Positions 49,593 to 60,896 of a stretch of 64,000 nucleotides of DNA are shown here, one piece after another. The notes below the pieces were generated by a model. The model had not been told where the DNA came from and did not search any database. It worked only from the letters and a program-made list of their open reading frames with translations. This DNA is from Thermodesulfobium acidiphilum (GTDB lineage: Bacteria > Thermodesulfobiota > Thermodesulfobiia > Thermodesulfobiales > Thermodesulfobiaceae). Where the stretch lies: positions 608,916 through 672,915 of the forward strand of contig NZ_CP020921.1 of NCBI RefSeq assembly GCF_003057965.1. Reading direction: 5' to 3'. Positions within the stretch are counted from its first letter, which is position 1; the number at the start of each line of letters is the position of its first letter. The translations under genes and the position numbers were made by a program.

Positions 49593-50900
49593 ATGAATAA
49601 AATTTTGTTCAGGAACGTTTTGGCATACTTTTCAGATTTAAGTTCTAGGAAAGTTAGTTTTTATATAGACAAATCAGGAAAGGTAAACTTTTTAGATTCG
49701 TATGATATATCTAGCTTTGAAGAGGTTGTTGAAGGAGAAGATTTAGTTATAATGCCTCTTTTGACTGATGTACACACTCATATGAGAGTGCCGGGTCAAG
49801 AAGAAAAGGAGGATATTGTTTCAGGTTCTAAAGCTGCTGCAAGAGGCGGTTTTGGGCAAATCTTTACTATGCCAAACACCAATCCAGTAGTTGATAATGC
49901 ATATCTTGTAGATTATTTAATAAGTAATATTAGCAAAAATTCAGTAATAAAAATTTATCCGGTTGGAGCAGTTTCGAGAAATCAGTTAGGAGAAGAGTTA
50001 TCTCCTTTGCTTGAGATGAAAAATAGTGGAGCTATAGCTTTTTCTGATGATGGTAAACCAATTTCAACGAATATTCTTAGAAAAGCTTTAATTTATGTTA
50101 AAACTTTTGATGGAATAATTATAGATCACCCAGAAGATATTGTATTAAGTGGCAATGGCATAATTCATGAAGGTAAGATTTCAAGGGCTTATGGAATTAA
50201 TTCAATTCCATATACATCAGAAGAAATTTGCGTTGCAAGAGATATTGCTTTAACAAGAGAAATTAGGTCAAGATTGCATCTTGCGCATCTATCTACAAGG
50301 CACTCTTTAAAATATATTGAAGCTGCTAAAGAAGAAGGTCTCAATGTTACATCAGAAGTAACTGTAAATCATCTTATTTTTAATTGTGAGAATATTCCTA
50401 TTTTTGATACTAGATTTAAAGTAAAACCGCCTTTCAGAGATGAAGAAGATATGAATGAACTTTTTTTTGCTTTGCAAAAGGGATTAATAGATGTAGTTTG
50501 TACAGATCATGCTCCTCATACTTTAGAGGAGAAGGAACTAGATTATAGTGAGGCACCCTTTGGAACTCCAGGTCTCGAAACTGCTTTTGCAGCCTTATAT
50601 ACTTATTTTGTTATGAAAAATAAATGTAAGTTAGAAGATATTATTAAGTGGATGGTTGTGAATCCATCCAAAATCTTTTCTCTTCCAATTTTAGAACTTA
50701 AAAATAGGTCTAAAGCTAATTTCTTTATTTTTAAAAGAAATAAAGAGTTTTTGGTGGAACCTGAGATGTTTTTTTCAAAATGCAAACTTTCTGTATTTCT
50801 TGACAAGACTTTGTTTGGTTTCCCTCTTGCCACCTTTTATAATGGGAATATGGTTTATAAGGATAAAAATTTTATGAAAAACATTAAACATGAAGTATAA
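49593..50900 (+). CDS. pyrC: Dihydroorotase (type I)
   Basis: DVHTHMR.PG, MPNT.P, FSDDG, HPED, HLS, TDHAPH. Confidence 0.94.
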   Translation: MNKILFRNVLAYFSDLSSRKVSFYIDKSGKVNFLDSYDISSFEEVVEGEDLVIMPLLTDVHTHMRVPGQEEKEDIVSGSKAAARGGFGQIFTMPNTNPVVDNAYLVDYLISNISKNSVIKIYPVGAVSRNQLGEELSPLLEMKNSGAIAFSDDGKPISTNILRKALIYVKTFDGIIIDHPEDIVLSGNGIIHEGKISRAYGINSIPYTSEEICVARDIALTREIRSRLHLAHLSTRHSLKYIEAAKEEGLNVTSEVTVNHLIFNCENIPIFDTRFKVKPPFRDEEDMNELFFALQKGLIDVVCTDHAPHTLEEKELDYSEAPFGTPGLETAFAALYTYFVMKNKCKLEDIIKWMVVNPSKIFSLPILELKNRSKANFFIFKRNKEFLVEPEMFFSKCKLSVFLDKTLFGFPLATFYNGNMVYKDKNFMKNIKHEV

Positions 50901-50957
50901 GATTTATTTTTTTGTTTTTAAGAAAATATGAAAAAAAAGAAAGGACGTGCTTCTTAG

Positions 50958-52076
50958 TTGAGTTTTAAAAAAGCTATGCTTTTACTGGAAGATAAAAGTT
51001 TTTTTTTAGGAAGGTCTTTTGGTGCTGAAGGAGAAGTTATGGGTGAAGTTGTCTTTAATACGTGTATGAGTGGATATCAGGAGATATTAACTGATCCTTC
51101 TTATTTTGGGCAAATCATAACAATGACCTATCCCTTAATAGGAAACTATGGCGTAAATGATGAGGATGTTGAGAGCACTAAACCATTTGCAAAAGGTTTT
51201 ATTGTTAGAGACTATAAAGATAGAACCTCCAATTGGAGATCCCAGGAAACTCTTGATTCGTATTTGAAAAAAAATAAAATTGTAGGGATAGATAATATTG
51301 ATACAAGGTTTTTGACTAGAAAATTGAGGACTAGAGGTGCCCTTAATGGCATTATATCTACTATAGACTTTAATCCTGAATCTTTATATGAAAAATTAAA
51401 AGTTTTCCCTACTATGGAAGGACTTGATCTGGTAAAGGACGTAACGCCTAAGGAAAGGTATGATTGGAACCAGACTGATAAATGGATCAGTGAAAGGTTT
51501 AAATCAGAAGGAGATTTTAAGGTTGCTGTTATAGATTATGGTGTTAAATGGAATATATTAAAAATATTAACTGCATTAGGTTGTAAGTTAACTGTATTTT
51601 CGGCTTTTAGTAACGCAGATGAAATTTTATCTATAAAGCCAGATGGCGTTTTTCTCTCAAATGGTCCTGGAGATCCTGCTGCAGTAAGTTATGCAATTAA
51701 TCCAATTAAAGAACTTTTTGGTAAGGTACCTATTTTTGGAATTTGTTTGGGCCATCAATTAATGGGTCTTGCTTCAGGAGCAAAAACCTTTAAATTGAAA
51801 TTTGGCCATCATGGTGGAAATCATCCTGTTAAAAGACTTGAAACTGGTGAGGTAGAAATTACATCTCAAAATCATGGATTTGCTGTTGATTATGACTCCA
51901 TTGATAAATCTAATTGGGAAGTTACTCATATTAATCTTAACGACAAAACTGTTGAAGGTATCAGACACAAAAAACTGCCAATATTCTCTGTTCAATATCA
52001 TCCCGAAGCAAGTCCTGGGCCACATGATTCTGGTTATTTATTCAAGCAGTTTTGTGAACTGATGAAGAGCAACTAA
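50958..52076 (+). CDS. carA: Carbamoyl-phosphate synthase small subunit
   Basis: GEVVFNT, TDPSY, SNGPGDP, GICLGHQ, QYHPEA. Confidence 0.98.
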   Translation: MSFKKAMLLLEDKSFFLGRSFGAEGEVMGEVVFNTCMSGYQEILTDPSYFGQIITMTYPLIGNYGVNDEDVESTKPFAKGFIVRDYKDRTSNWRSQETLDSYLKKNKIVGIDNIDTRFLTRKLRTRGALNGIISTIDFNPESLYEKLKVFPTMEGLDLVKDVTPKERYDWNQTDKWISERFKSEGDFKVAVIDYGVKWNILKILTALGCKLTVFSAFSNADEILSIKPDGVFLSNGPGDPAAVSYAINPIKELFGKVPIFGICLGHQLMGLASGAKTFKLKFGHHGGNHPVKRLETGEVEITSQNHGFAVDYDSIDKSNWEVTHINLNDKTVEGIRHKKLPIFSVQYHPEASPGPHDSGYLFKQFCELMKSN

Positions 52077-52077
52077 A

Positions 52078-52109
52078 AATTCTATTAAATTAATTCTATT
52101 AAATTAATT
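52078..52109. repeat. 14-bp tandem repeat (AATTCTATTAAATT) x2.3 in the carA-carB spacer
   Basis: Read directly from the sequence. Confidence 0.85.
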
Positions 52110-52142
52110 GTTTTATATAAAACATTAAGGATGTGATAAGTT

Positions 52143-55100
52143 TTGCCTAAGAGGACGGACATAAAAAAGATTTTGATTATTGGTTCAGGACCCATAATAA
52201 TTGGACAGGCATGTGAGTTTGATTACTCAGGAACTCAAGCAATCAAAGCCTTAAAGCAAGAAGGGTATGAAGTAATTTTGGTAAATTCTAATCCTGCTAC
52301 GATTATGACTGATCCTGAAATGGCCGATCGCACTTATATTGAACCAATTACTCCTCAGGTTGTAACAAAAGTCATTAAAAAAGAAAGGCCAGATGCAATA
52401 CTGTCGACATTAGGTGGCCAAACTGCTTTAAATGTTGCTGTAAATCTTTCAGAAACTGGAATTTTAGAAAGGTACAATGTTGAAATGTTGGGTGTAAACA
52501 CTGACGCAATAAAAAAGGGTGAAGATAGGCTTTTATTTAGAGAAACTATGAAGGAAATAGGTGTAGATCTTCCTAAAAGTGGAATTGCTCATAGCCTGAA
52601 TGAGGCAGAAAAAATTGCTTTTGAACTAGGATTCCCTTTAATTATAAGACCTTCTTTTACACTTGGAGGAACGGGCGGAGGTATTGCTTATAACTTTGAC
52701 GATTTAAGATATCATGTGTCTAATGGCCTTGATCTAAGTATGATTCATCAGGTTTTAATTGAAGAGTCGGTTCTTAACTGGAAAGAATTTGAATTAGAAG
52801 TAATGAGAGATAAAAAGGATAATGTTGTAATAATTTGTTCAATAGAAAATTTCGATCCAATGGGCATTCATACAGGGGATAGTATTACTGTAGCGCCTAT
52901 TCAAACATTAACAGATAAAGAATACCAGATATTAAGAGATATGTCTATAAAAGTTATCAGGAAAATTGGCGTTGATACTGGTGGTTCTAATATTCAATTT
53001 GCAATGAACCCCAAAGATGGTCGTATTGTCATTATTGAAATGAACCCTCGTGTTTCGAGAAGTTCTGCTCTTGCTTCAAAGGCTACAGGCTTTCCAATTG
53101 CGAAAATTGCTGCTCTTCTTGCTGTTGGCTATACTCTTGATGAAATTACCAATGATATTACCAAAAAAACTCCTGCTTCTTTTGAACCAACTCTTGACTA
53201 CGTTGTTGTAAAGATACCCAGATGGGATTTTGAAAAGTTTCATGGAACATCAAGGGTTTTGGATACTCAGATGAAGTCTGTAGGCGAAGCAATGGCTATA
53301 GGTAGAAACTTTAAAGAAGCTTTTCAAAAGGCGATTCGTTCACTTGAAAATGGCAGGAAAGGTTTTGGTTTTGATGGTAAGGACGTTGATCTAATGAATT
53401 TGACAGAAAGAGAACTTATTAGAGAACTTGGTACGCCTAAGGATAATAGGATTTTTATAATTCACAGATTGTTAGAAATTGGAGTAGGCGTAGATAAATT
53501 AAATAAACTAACTGGCATTGATGAGTGGTTTTTAAAAGAACTTGAAGAGATAGTTCTGACAGGCAAAGAGTTTATGAATAGAAATTTGTATTCTATAAAT
53601 AAAGATGAAATGTTTGGTTTAAAAAGGGATGGTTTTTCAGATTTTCAGATAGGATTTCTAACCAAAACAAGCGAAGAAGAAGTTACGAAATATAGAAAGG
53701 AGCTTGGTATTTTTCCTGTTTATAAAACTGTTGATACCTGTTCGGCTGAGTTTGAATCGTTTACCCCTTATCATTATTCTACTTATGATCAAGAAAATGA
53801 ATTAATACCTTTTGATAATAAAGAATCGGTAATTATTTTGGGTGCAGGTCCTAATAGAATTGGTCAGGGTATTGAATTCGATTATTGTTGTGTTCATGCA
53901 GTAAATTCAACTAAAAAATTAGGGAAAGCTGCAATTATGGTTAACTGTAATCCTGAAACAGTATCAACAGATTATGATACATCTGATCAACTTTTGTTTG
54001 AGCCTTTAACCTTTGAAGACGTAATAAATATTGTTGAAAAAATCAAACCCCTTGGTACTTTAATACAGTTTGGTGGTCAGACTCCTTTAAAGCTTGCTAA
54101 GTCTTTCGAGAAACTAGGCATTCCAATTCTCGGGACTTCACCAGAAGCAATTGATATGGCAGAAGATAGAGAACGTTTTGATCTATTTTTAGAAGATTTA
54201 AAAATATTTAGACCAGCAGCTGGTATAGCAAAATCTCCAGATGAGGCTCTAAGAGTTGCAAGAAGTCTTGGATATCCAGTTTTAGTAAGGCCTTCGTATG
54301 TTTTGGGCGGTAGGGCTATGGAAATAGTTTATGATGACAATGATTTAATGGAATATATCAAGAAAGCTGTTGAGGTGTCTGAAGCGAAACCAGTTCTTAT
54401 TGATAGGTTTTTAGAAGATGCTATAGAAATTGATGTTGATGCCCTTTGTGATGGTGATGAAGTTTTTATAGGTGGCATTATGGAACACATAGAAGAGGCG
54501 GGGATTCATTCTGGTGATTCGGCATGTGTATTGCCAACCTTTAGCTTGACAAAGGAAGAGTTATTAGAATTATCTAGGATTACCAGAGAAATAGCTTTGA
54601 AACTTGGAGTGAAAGGCTTAATAAACATCCAATATGCTATTAGAGATAAGATATATGTTCTTGAAGTAAATCCAAGAGCTTCTAGAACAGTTCCATTTGT
54701 AAGCAAAACCATAGGTATTCCACTGGCAAAGCTTGCAACCCAAATATCTCTTGGCAAAAAGATAAAAGATTTTAATATTAAAGAAAGATTAGATTTGCCT
54801 TATGTTGCTGTAAAAGAAGCTGTATTGCCTTTTGGAAGATTTTCAGGCGTAGATACAATTTTGGGTCCTGAGATGAAATCTACAGGTGAAGTAATGGGTA
54901 TTGATTTTGAATTTGGAAAGGCATATGCCAAAGCACAAATTGCTGCTGGAGAAGAACTTCCTTTAAGAGGGAATGTTTTTGTTAGTGTTTCTAATAAACA
55001 CAAGAGAAATATAGTTTTTATTGTTAAAAGCCTTGTGAATATGGGCTTTAACATATTTGCTACTCAGGGAACAGCTAAAGTTTTAAAATTTAACGGTATA

Positions 55101-55373
55101 AAGGTTAATGAAGTAAGAAAGGCTAGTGAAGATGGATTTACGATTCTTGATATGATAAAGGATAATCAGATTCAGCTTATTATTAATACCCCATCCGGTA
55201 AGGGTGCAAGAAAGGATGATTATAAGATAAGAAGAATGGCGCTTTTGCATCATGTGCCCACTATTACAACTATAGCAGGTGCTGCTGCAACAGTTAACGC
55301 TATTGAAGCTTTAAAGAATTCTGAAATAGAAGTAAAATCTATACAAGATTTTTACAAGATTTTAAAAAATTAG
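52143..55373 (+). CDS. carB: Carbamoyl-phosphate synthase large subunit
   Basis: [17 protein letters not shown], two ATP-grasp halves ([18 protein letters not shown]), C-terminal MGS domain. Confidence 0.98.
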   Translation: MPKRTDIKKILIIGSGPIIIGQACEFDYSGTQAIKALKQEGYEVILVNSNPATIMTDPEMADRTYIEPITPQVVTKVIKKERPDAILSTLGGQTALNVAVNLSETGILERYNVEMLGVNTDAIKKGEDRLLFRETMKEIGVDLPKSGIAHSLNEAEKIAFELGFPLIIRPSFTLGGTGGGIAYNFDDLRYHVSNGLDLSMIHQVLIEESVLNWKEFELEVMRDKKDNVVIICSIENFDPMGIHTGDSITVAPIQTLTDKEYQILRDMSIKVIRKIGVDTGGSNIQFAMNPKDGRIVIIEMNPRVSRSSALASKATGFPIAKIAALLAVGYTLDEITNDITKKTPASFEPTLDYVVVKIPRWDFEKFHGTSRVLDTQMKSVGEAMAIGRNFKEAFQKAIRSLENGRKGFGFDGKDVDLMNLTERELIRELGTPKDNRIFIIHRLLEIGVGVDKLNKLTGIDEWFLKELEEIVLTGKEFMNRNLYSINKDEMFGLKRDGFSDFQIGFLTKTSEEEVTKYRKELGIFPVYKTVDTCSAEFESFTPYHYSTYDQENELIPFDNKESVIILGAGPNRIGQGIEFDYCCVHAVNSTKKLGKAAIMVNCNPETVSTDYDTSDQLLFEPLTFEDVINIVEKIKPLGTLIQFGGQTPLKLAKSFEKLGIPILGTSPEAIDMAEDRERFDLFLEDLKIFRPAAGIAKSPDEALRVARSLGYPVLVRPSYVLGGRAMEIVYDDNDLMEYIKKAVEVSEAKPVLIDRFLEDAIEIDVDALCDGDEVFIGGIMEHIEEAGIHSGDSACVLPTFSLTKEELLELSRITREIALKLGVKGLINIQYAIRDKIYVLEVNPRASRTVPFVSKTIGIPLAKLATQISLGKKIKDFNIKERLDLPYVAVKEAVLPFGRFSGVDTILGPEMKSTGEVMGIDFEFGKAYAKAQIAAGEELPLRGNVFVSVSNKHKRNIVFIVKSLVNMGFNIFATQGTAKVLKFNGIKVNEVRKASEDGFTILDMIKDNQIQLIINTPSGKGARKDDYKIRRMALLHHVPTITTIAGAAATVNAIEALKNSEIEVKSIQDFYKILKN

Positions 55374-55421
55374 ATTAAGAATTGAATTTCTTCTATGTTT
55401 AAACCTATTTTAATAATTTTC

Positions 55422-55450
55422 TTGACTTTATTCAAATATTTTTTTAAAAT
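55422..55450 (+). promoter_or_regulatory. Putative sigma70 promoter for tRNA-Met-tilS
   Basis: TTGACT-17 bp-TAAAAT. Confidence 0.7.
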
Positions 55451-55466
55451 AATCTTGCTTTTATGT

Positions 55467-55541
55467 GGCGGCGTAGCTCAGAGGCAGAGCAAGCGGTTCA
55501 TACCCGCTGTGTCAGTGGTTCAAATCCACTCGCCGCTACCA
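55467..55541 (+). tRNA. tRNA-Met (CAT), probably elongator
   Basis: GGCGGCG/CGCCGCT acceptor, AGCGG-TTCATAC-CCGCT; no C1:A72 mismatch or GGG/CCC initiator stem; loop is U32/C38, not Ile2-type CTCATAA. Confidence 0.9.
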
Positions 55542-55548
55542 TTTTTTT

Positions 55549-56847
55549 ATGTCTATTAGAACTGAAATAGACAAAATTGTTTATCATACCGATAATATTT
55601 TAAATAATTACAACCTTAAGCTTTCAAACCCATGTATAGCTATTTCAGGTGGTGCTGACTCTGTTTTTTTGGCTTTTATACTTTCGAAGTTGAAGTCGAA
55701 AGTTAACTTTATACTACTACACTTCGACCATGGGTGGCGAAAAAGGGATCTAATTTATGAAAGAAATTTAATAATCAATTATGCAGAAATATATAATTTT
55801 AGAGTTATTTTTGGTTCTTCAGAAAATATAGGAAAATTAAATGAAGAAAATGCAAGAAAAAGAAGATTTGCTTTTTTTTATAGCATTATGGATAAAATAA
55901 ATTCGAATTCTTTGTTTACTGGACATAATCTGAATGATAGGTTTGAAACATTTTTGTGGAATATTTGTCGCGGAGCAGGTATAAGAGGGATACTATCTTT
56001 AAAAGAAGTTAGACAATTTGGGAAAATAAATATTATTAGCCCTTTGATACACGTAAAAAGGGATAAAATAAGGGCTTTTTGCGAGTATTTAAAGCTAGAT
56101 TATATATCTGATATTTATAATGATGATATAAATTATAAAAGAGTATTTATCAGGAAAGAAATAACTCCGAGAATAGAAAGTATCTGGCAAAATTCTTTAG
56201 AACACTTTGATTCTTTTATTAGACTGGTAGAAGACGAAGATAATTACATTGAGAAGATTACAAACGAAATATACAAAGACGTTGTTCTTTCCATGCCTTG
56301 GGCTAGCATTATATTTATAAAAGAACTATTAAAATATGATGTTGCTTTGATTCGCAGGGTTATAAAACAATTCTTGCATTCTTTAAATGTATCTTATAGT
56401 TATAATGAAGTTAATTTATTATGTAAATTTCTACAAAAAGATGAAAGGATTCCTTTTCCTTCTTTTAAAGGTCTTGGGATTTATAAAAATAAAAATATCT
56501 TTTCTTTATATGACCGTTCTTTTGTAAACGGTTATAGTTGGGATAAAGTACCTAAAAACCTGGGTATATTTATTAATAATCCGCTAGAGAAAGAAATTTT
56601 TCTGGAAATCAGATTTTTTAAAAATTCTGATTATGTTATTTTAGATGGAAGAAAGGTTTATTTATATAACTTTTTTAACAAAAAAAACAAACTTTTTTAC
56701 AAATTTGTCCCAATGATATTTTATAAAAACGTTCTCAAATGGGCTCCATTTGAATATTTTGATGAAGATTTCTTTAAAACTTATAATATTAAGATTTCTT
56801 TTGATGATTTTTTGGAGAAATTTAAATTATTGTGGAGGCAAAAGTGA
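55549..56847 (+). CDS. tilS: tRNA(Ile)-lysidine synthetase
   Basis: AISGGADS PP-loop, DHGWR, E..AR..R, GHN.ND..ET, RG.G; tilS-hpt-ftsH synteny. Confidence 0.9.
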   Translation: MSIRTEIDKIVYHTDNILNNYNLKLSNPCIAISGGADSVFLAFILSKLKSKVNFILLHFDHGWRKRDLIYERNLIINYAEIYNFRVIFGSSENIGKLNEENARKRRFAFFYSIMDKINSNSLFTGHNLNDRFETFLWNICRGAGIRGILSLKEVRQFGKINIISPLIHVKRDKIRAFCEYLKLDYISDIYNDDINYKRVFIRKEITPRIESIWQNSLEHFDSFIRLVEDEDNYIEKITNEIYKDVVLSMPWASIIFIKELLKYDVALIRRVIKQFLHSLNVSYSYNEVNLLCKFLQKDERIPFPSFKGLGIYKNKNIFSLYDRSFVNGYSWDKVPKNLGIFINNPLEKEIFLEIRFFKNSDYVILDGRKVYLYNFFNKKNKLFYKFVPMIFYKNVLKWAPFEYFDEDFFKTYNIKISFDDFLEKFKLLWRQK

Positions 56848-57524
56848 CTGGAACAATAATTAATGCTTTTTCAGTGATTATTGGTAGTAGTATAGGTCTA
56901 GTTATGGGTTCTCATCTGGCTGAAAGATACAAGAGTATAGTAATTAACGCAATAAGTCTGGTAACCCTTCTAATTGGATTAAAGTTATCGTTGGAGGTTA
57001 AAAGTATTTTTTTGGTCTTGATTTCTTTAATTTTAGGAGGTTTATTGGGAGAATTTATTTCGCTTGAGGGACTTATCGAAAGGCTGGGTGATTATGTGAG
57101 CAAAAAAGTGCAGAAAGGTGATGTTGTAAATGCCTTTATGAGTGCCAGTTTATTATTTTGTGTTGGCCCAATGAGCATACTGGGATCCATTCAGGACGGT
57201 CTAAAGGGCGATTATTCAATATTATTATTAAAGTCGGCTCTTGATGGTGTGTCTAGTTTATTTCTTGCTTCATCTTTAGGAATTGGGGTTTTTTTCTCTT
57301 TTATAACTATTCTTATTTATCAAGGTTCGTTAACCCTTTTTGCAAGTGCTCTTTCTGGGATATTTAGTGATATAAAAATTGCCAATAACTTTTATGCAAC
57401 AGGTGGTATTTTGTTGATTGGTATTGGCTTCAATTTGTTAGGTTTAACAAAAATTAAAACAATTAATTATATATTTGCTCTGGTATTAATAGTTATTTTT
57501 TCAAAATTTGGAGGAGTATTGTGA
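56844..57524 (+). CDS. DUF554 family membrane protein
   Basis: GTIIN, ASLLFCVGPM.ILGS..DG, KS.LDG, YQG; GTG start overlaps the tilS stop. Confidence 0.85.
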   Translation: MTGTIINAFSVIIGSSIGLVMGSHLAERYKSIVINAISLVTLLIGLKLSLEVKSIFLVLISLILGGLLGEFISLEGLIERLGDYVSKKVQKGDVVNAFMSASLLFCVGPMSILGSIQDGLKGDYSILLLKSALDGVSSLFLASSLGIGVFFSFITILIYQGSLTLFASALSGIFSDIKIANNFYATGGILLIGIGFNLLGLTKIKTINYIFALVLIVIFSKFGGVL

Positions 57525-58051
57525 AGGAACACGAGCTAAAAATTTTGATAAAAAGAGATGAGATTGCAAAAGCCGTTGAATCATTGGCAAAAAGGATCGA
57601 TAGTGATTATTTTGGTAAAAAAATTTTATTGGTAGGGGTATTAAAGGGTGCTGCTTTCTTTCTTGTAGATTTAGCAAGATCGATGTCTGTGCCATTAGAA
57701 ATAGATTTTGTAGAAGTATCAAGCTATGGTAATAAAAGTAAAAGTTCTGGAAAAATTAAATTAATAAAAGATATAAAAAAGGATTTGACTGATTACCATG
57801 TTTTAATTGTTGAAGACATTTTAGATTCAGGACTTACTCTACAATATCTTATAGATTTTTTTAAACAAAAAAATCCTTTAAGCGTAAAATCTGTGGTGTT
57901 GTTTTATAAGATAAAAGATGATAACTATAAAAGGTCTGATGTAGATTATTTCGGATTAAAAATTCCAGATTATTTCGTTGTTGGGTATGGATTAGATTAT
58001 GCTGAGAAATATCGGAATTTAAGGGATTTGTACGTGATTTATTTTGTTTGA
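57521..58051 (+). CDS. hpt: Hypoxanthine phosphoribosyltransferase
   Basis: VLKG, VEDILDSGLTL, FVVGYGLDY. Confidence 0.96.
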   Translation: MKEHELKILIKRDEIAKAVESLAKRIDSDYFGKKILLVGVLKGAAFFLVDLARSMSVPLEIDFVEVSSYGNKSKSSGKIKLIKDIKKDLTDYHVLIVEDILDSGLTLQYLIDFFKQKNPLSVKSVVLFYKIKDDNYKRSDVDYFGLKIPDYFVVGYGLDYAEKYRNLRDLYVIYFV

Positions 58052-58077
58052 CACTTATACATAAAAAAAGATACAAT
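58048..58077 (+). promoter_or_regulatory. Putative sigma70 promoter for ftsH
   Basis: TTGACA (overlapping the hpt stop)-18 bp-TACAAT. Confidence 0.55.
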
Positions 58078-58114
58078 ATTTAACTAACATTTTTTAAAAA
58101 GGGGATATGAATTT

Positions 58115-59995
58115 TTGAAAATAACAAAGAGTGTTACGTTTTATCTTATAATTTTGTTAATAGTAGTGGTTTTAACAGTAGTTTTAAGTAGCGGTAAAAA
58201 GGTTACAAATCAGGAACTGTCATATACAGAATTCATGGATAGGGTAAATCAAGAAGATGTGAGAAGAGTAACTATTTCCTCTTCTCAAAACGTAATCAAC
58301 GGTAAATTAAAGGATGGCACTTCGTTTACTGTTTATTATCCTCAAAACGATCCTACTTTGATTAAAACTCTGAGAGACAAAAAGGTAGATATCAGAGTTG
58401 AACCACCTAGTGATAATGGTTGGTGGGTTTCAGTGCTCACTCAATTGTTTCCTATTTTAATACTAATTGGTTTCTGGCTTTTTATGTTAAAACAGGCACA
58501 GGGTGGAGCAAGTCAGGCTATGTCCTTTGGAAAATCAAGGGCAAAACTTTTCCATCAAGAAAAGACTAAGACAACTTTTAAAGATGTTGCTGGAGCAGAT
58601 GAGGCGAAGCAAGAACTTGAGGAAATTATTGACTTTCTAAAAAATCCTGCGCCTTTTAGGGCTATGGGGGCAAAAATCCCTAGAGGGGTTCTTTTGGTTG
58701 GACCGCCTGGGTGTGGCAAGACTCTTCTGGCTAGAGCGGTAGCTGGAGAGGCAAAAGTTCCATTTTTTAGTATATCTGGTTCAGATTTTGTTGAAATGTT
58801 TGTAGGGGTTGGCGCTTCACGTGTAAGAGACCTTTTTGAACAGGCGAAAAATCAATCGCCATGCATAATTTTTATTGACGAGATCGATGCTGTAGGTAGA
58901 CAAAGAGGAGCTGGTCTTGGAGGAGGTCATGACGAAAGAGAACAGACTCTTAACCAATTGCTTGTTGAAATGGATGGGTTTGAAGTTGATGAGACTATTA
59001 TAGTTATGGCAGCTACAAATAGACCTGATGTTCTGGATCCTGCGCTTTTAAGACCAGGGAGATTTGACAGACATGTTACAGTTGATAGGCCGGATTTATT
59101 GGGCAGGAAACAAATATTAGAAGTTCATCTGGCCGGCAAACCTATAGAAGAAGAAGTTAAGGTTGATATACTTGCAAAAAGAACGCCTGGATTTGCAGGG
59201 GCTGATCTTGCTAATTTAGTTAATGAAGCTGCTCTACTTGCTGCCAGAAAGGGCAAAAAAACTATTTCAATGGCTGAATTTGAGGATGCAATTGATAGAA
59301 TAGTGGCTGGTATCGAAAAGAGAAGTAGGGTTATTTCTGAAAAGGATAAAAAGATAATTGCTTTCCATGAAGCCGGTCATGCATTGGTGGCGCACAACCT
59401 TCCTGGAACAGATCCAATTCATAAAATTTCTATTATACCAAGGGGAATGGCATTGGGTTATACTTTACAGCTTCCCGGAGAAGATAGATATCTGATTAGT
59501 AAGACAGAGCTTATTAATAATATTTGCGTACTTTTGGGGGGAAGGGCTGCTGAAGAAATTATCTTTAAAGAAGTTACAACTGGTGCACAAAATGACCTTC
59601 AGAGGGCTACAGAACTTGCAAGAAAGATGGTTATGGAATATGGCATGAGCGAGCATTTAGGTCCAAGAACCTGGGGTAAGAGAAGTGAAAATGTTTTTAT
59701 GGGCAGAGACCTTTTTGAAACGAAGAACTATAGTGAAAATATGGCAAATGAAATAGATCTTGAAGTTCAAAGAATTGTAGAGAATTGCTATGAGAATTCA
59801 AAAAATATACTGTTAAGCGTATATGATACTTTGAACAAAATTGCTATGAAACTTATTGAAAATGAGACGCTTCAGGGAGATACTCTTTTAGATTACCTAA
59901 ATGGAAAGTTTGAAGAGGAGAAAAGTGATAATGGATCTAAAATTGTAGAAAACAAATCAGGCGATAATGCTTTGAATGAAAACAAGAATATATAA
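58115..59995 (+). CDS. ftsH: ATP-dependent Zn metalloprotease FtsH
   Basis: Two TMs, [27 protein letters not shown]. Confidence 0.98.
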   Translation: MKITKSVTFYLIILLIVVVLTVVLSSGKKVTNQELSYTEFMDRVNQEDVRRVTISSSQNVINGKLKDGTSFTVYYPQNDPTLIKTLRDKKVDIRVEPPSDNGWWVSVLTQLFPILILIGFWLFMLKQAQGGASQAMSFGKSRAKLFHQEKTKTTFKDVAGADEAKQELEEIIDFLKNPAPFRAMGAKIPRGVLLVGPPGCGKTLLARAVAGEAKVPFFSISGSDFVEMFVGVGASRVRDLFEQAKNQSPCIIFIDEIDAVGRQRGAGLGGGHDEREQTLNQLLVEMDGFEVDETIIVMAATNRPDVLDPALLRPGRFDRHVTVDRPDLLGRKQILEVHLAGKPIEEEVKVDILAKRTPGFAGADLANLVNEAALLAARKGKKTISMAEFEDAIDRIVAGIEKRSRVISEKDKKIIAFHEAGHALVAHNLPGTDPIHKISIIPRGMALGYTLQLPGEDRYLISKTELINNICVLLGGRAAEEIIFKEVTTGAQNDLQRATELARKMVMEYGMSEHLGPRTWGKRSENVFMGRDLFETKNYSENMANEIDLEVQRIVENCYENSKNILLSVYDTLNKIAMKLIENETLQGDTLLDYLNGKFEEEKSDNGSKIVENKSGDNALNENKNI

Positions 59996-60013
59996 TGAGG
60001 ACAAGAATATATA
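59976..60013. repeat. 19-bp imperfect tandem repeat across the ftsH stop
   Basis: ATGAAAACAAGAATATATA / ATGAGGACAAGAATATATA (2 mismatches). Confidence 0.8.
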
Positions 60014-60080
60014 AAGAAAGTTAATATATTTTAATTAAAATTTGAAAGAAGGCGAAAATTTAGTTAGAGGAGGAAGTTTT

Positions 60081-60866
60081 ATGAAATTAAGAGGCTTGTT
60101 CTTTTTGTTCTTTATGTTGATATTGTTTAATTTATTGTTTGCAGTTTTTTGTATGGGCTGTAGAGCTTCAGAAACGAAAACTATTGGAATTGTTAAAGAA
60201 AACATAATACCTCCAAAAGGAATTCAGATCTTTGTTAACGATCATGAAGTTTTAACTTTAAAATCATTCGATAATGAAAGTTTTGAAAGGATTAAACAAG
60301 AGGCAGATACAATTTCCAGCGCTATAAATCATTATTTTGGCTCATCAAATGTTTCATACGATCCATCTGATATAAGGTTTCTAACTGAAAACAAGTATTT
60401 TTGTTGTTATATAGGTGATGATTTGGCTTTTAAGATAGATAGGAGTCAAGCCTTTTTACAGAATTTAGCTGATAGTGATATCACAGGTATGTGGCTTACA
60501 AACTTGCAAAGGTCACTAGGATACGATATGGGTGATGATCACAGAATTTTATATGGACATAAATATTATTCGAAAGAATTCATTCAAGAGGGTATAGCAT
60601 CATGGTACGGAAGTAACTTAGCAGGTAGGCGCATGTCGAATGGGGAGATATTTGATCCTTATGATCTTACTGCAGCTCATAGATGGCTCCCACTTGGATC
60701 GATTGTTCTTGTGACCAATGAAAACAATGGTAAGAGTGTCATAGTAACGATAACAGATAGAATGGGAAGTACAAGCAGGGCGATAGATTTGTCTGAAGGA
60801 GCAGCTGAAAAGATCGGTATGATCAGTTCAGGCCTTGCTCCAGTAAAAATTGAGCTACTTAAATAA
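60081..60866 (+). CDS. rlpA: RlpA-like (DPBB) lytic transglycosylase with N-terminal extension
   Basis: GIASWYG, NGE.FD...TAAH..LP, TDR, IDLS..AA; signal peptide; SD AGGAGG. Confidence 0.85.
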   Translation: MKLRGLFFLFFMLILFNLLFAVFCMGCRASETKTIGIVKENIIPPKGIQIFVNDHEVLTLKSFDNESFERIKQEADTISSAINHYFGSSNVSYDPSDIRFLTENKYFCCYIGDDLAFKIDRSQAFLQNLADSDITGMWLTNLQRSLGYDMGDDHRILYGHKYYSKEFIQEGIASWYGSNLAGRRMSNGEIFDPYDLTAAHRWLPLGSIVLVTNENNGKSVIVTITDRMGSTSRAIDLSEGAAEKIGMISSGLAPVKIELLK

Positions 60867-60896
60867 GTTGATAGTGTATATTATTTATACTAATAG

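Noticed and set aside
60864..60891. dif-like 28-mer TAAGTTGATAG-TGTATA-TTATTTATACT filling the rlpA-cysE spacer
   Set aside because: The centre matches E. coli dif and the right arm is 9/11 to B. subtilis, but the conserved TTATG G is missing, the left arm is poor, and gene orientation does not switch here. Probably chance in AT-rich DNA; a GC-skew plot would settle it.
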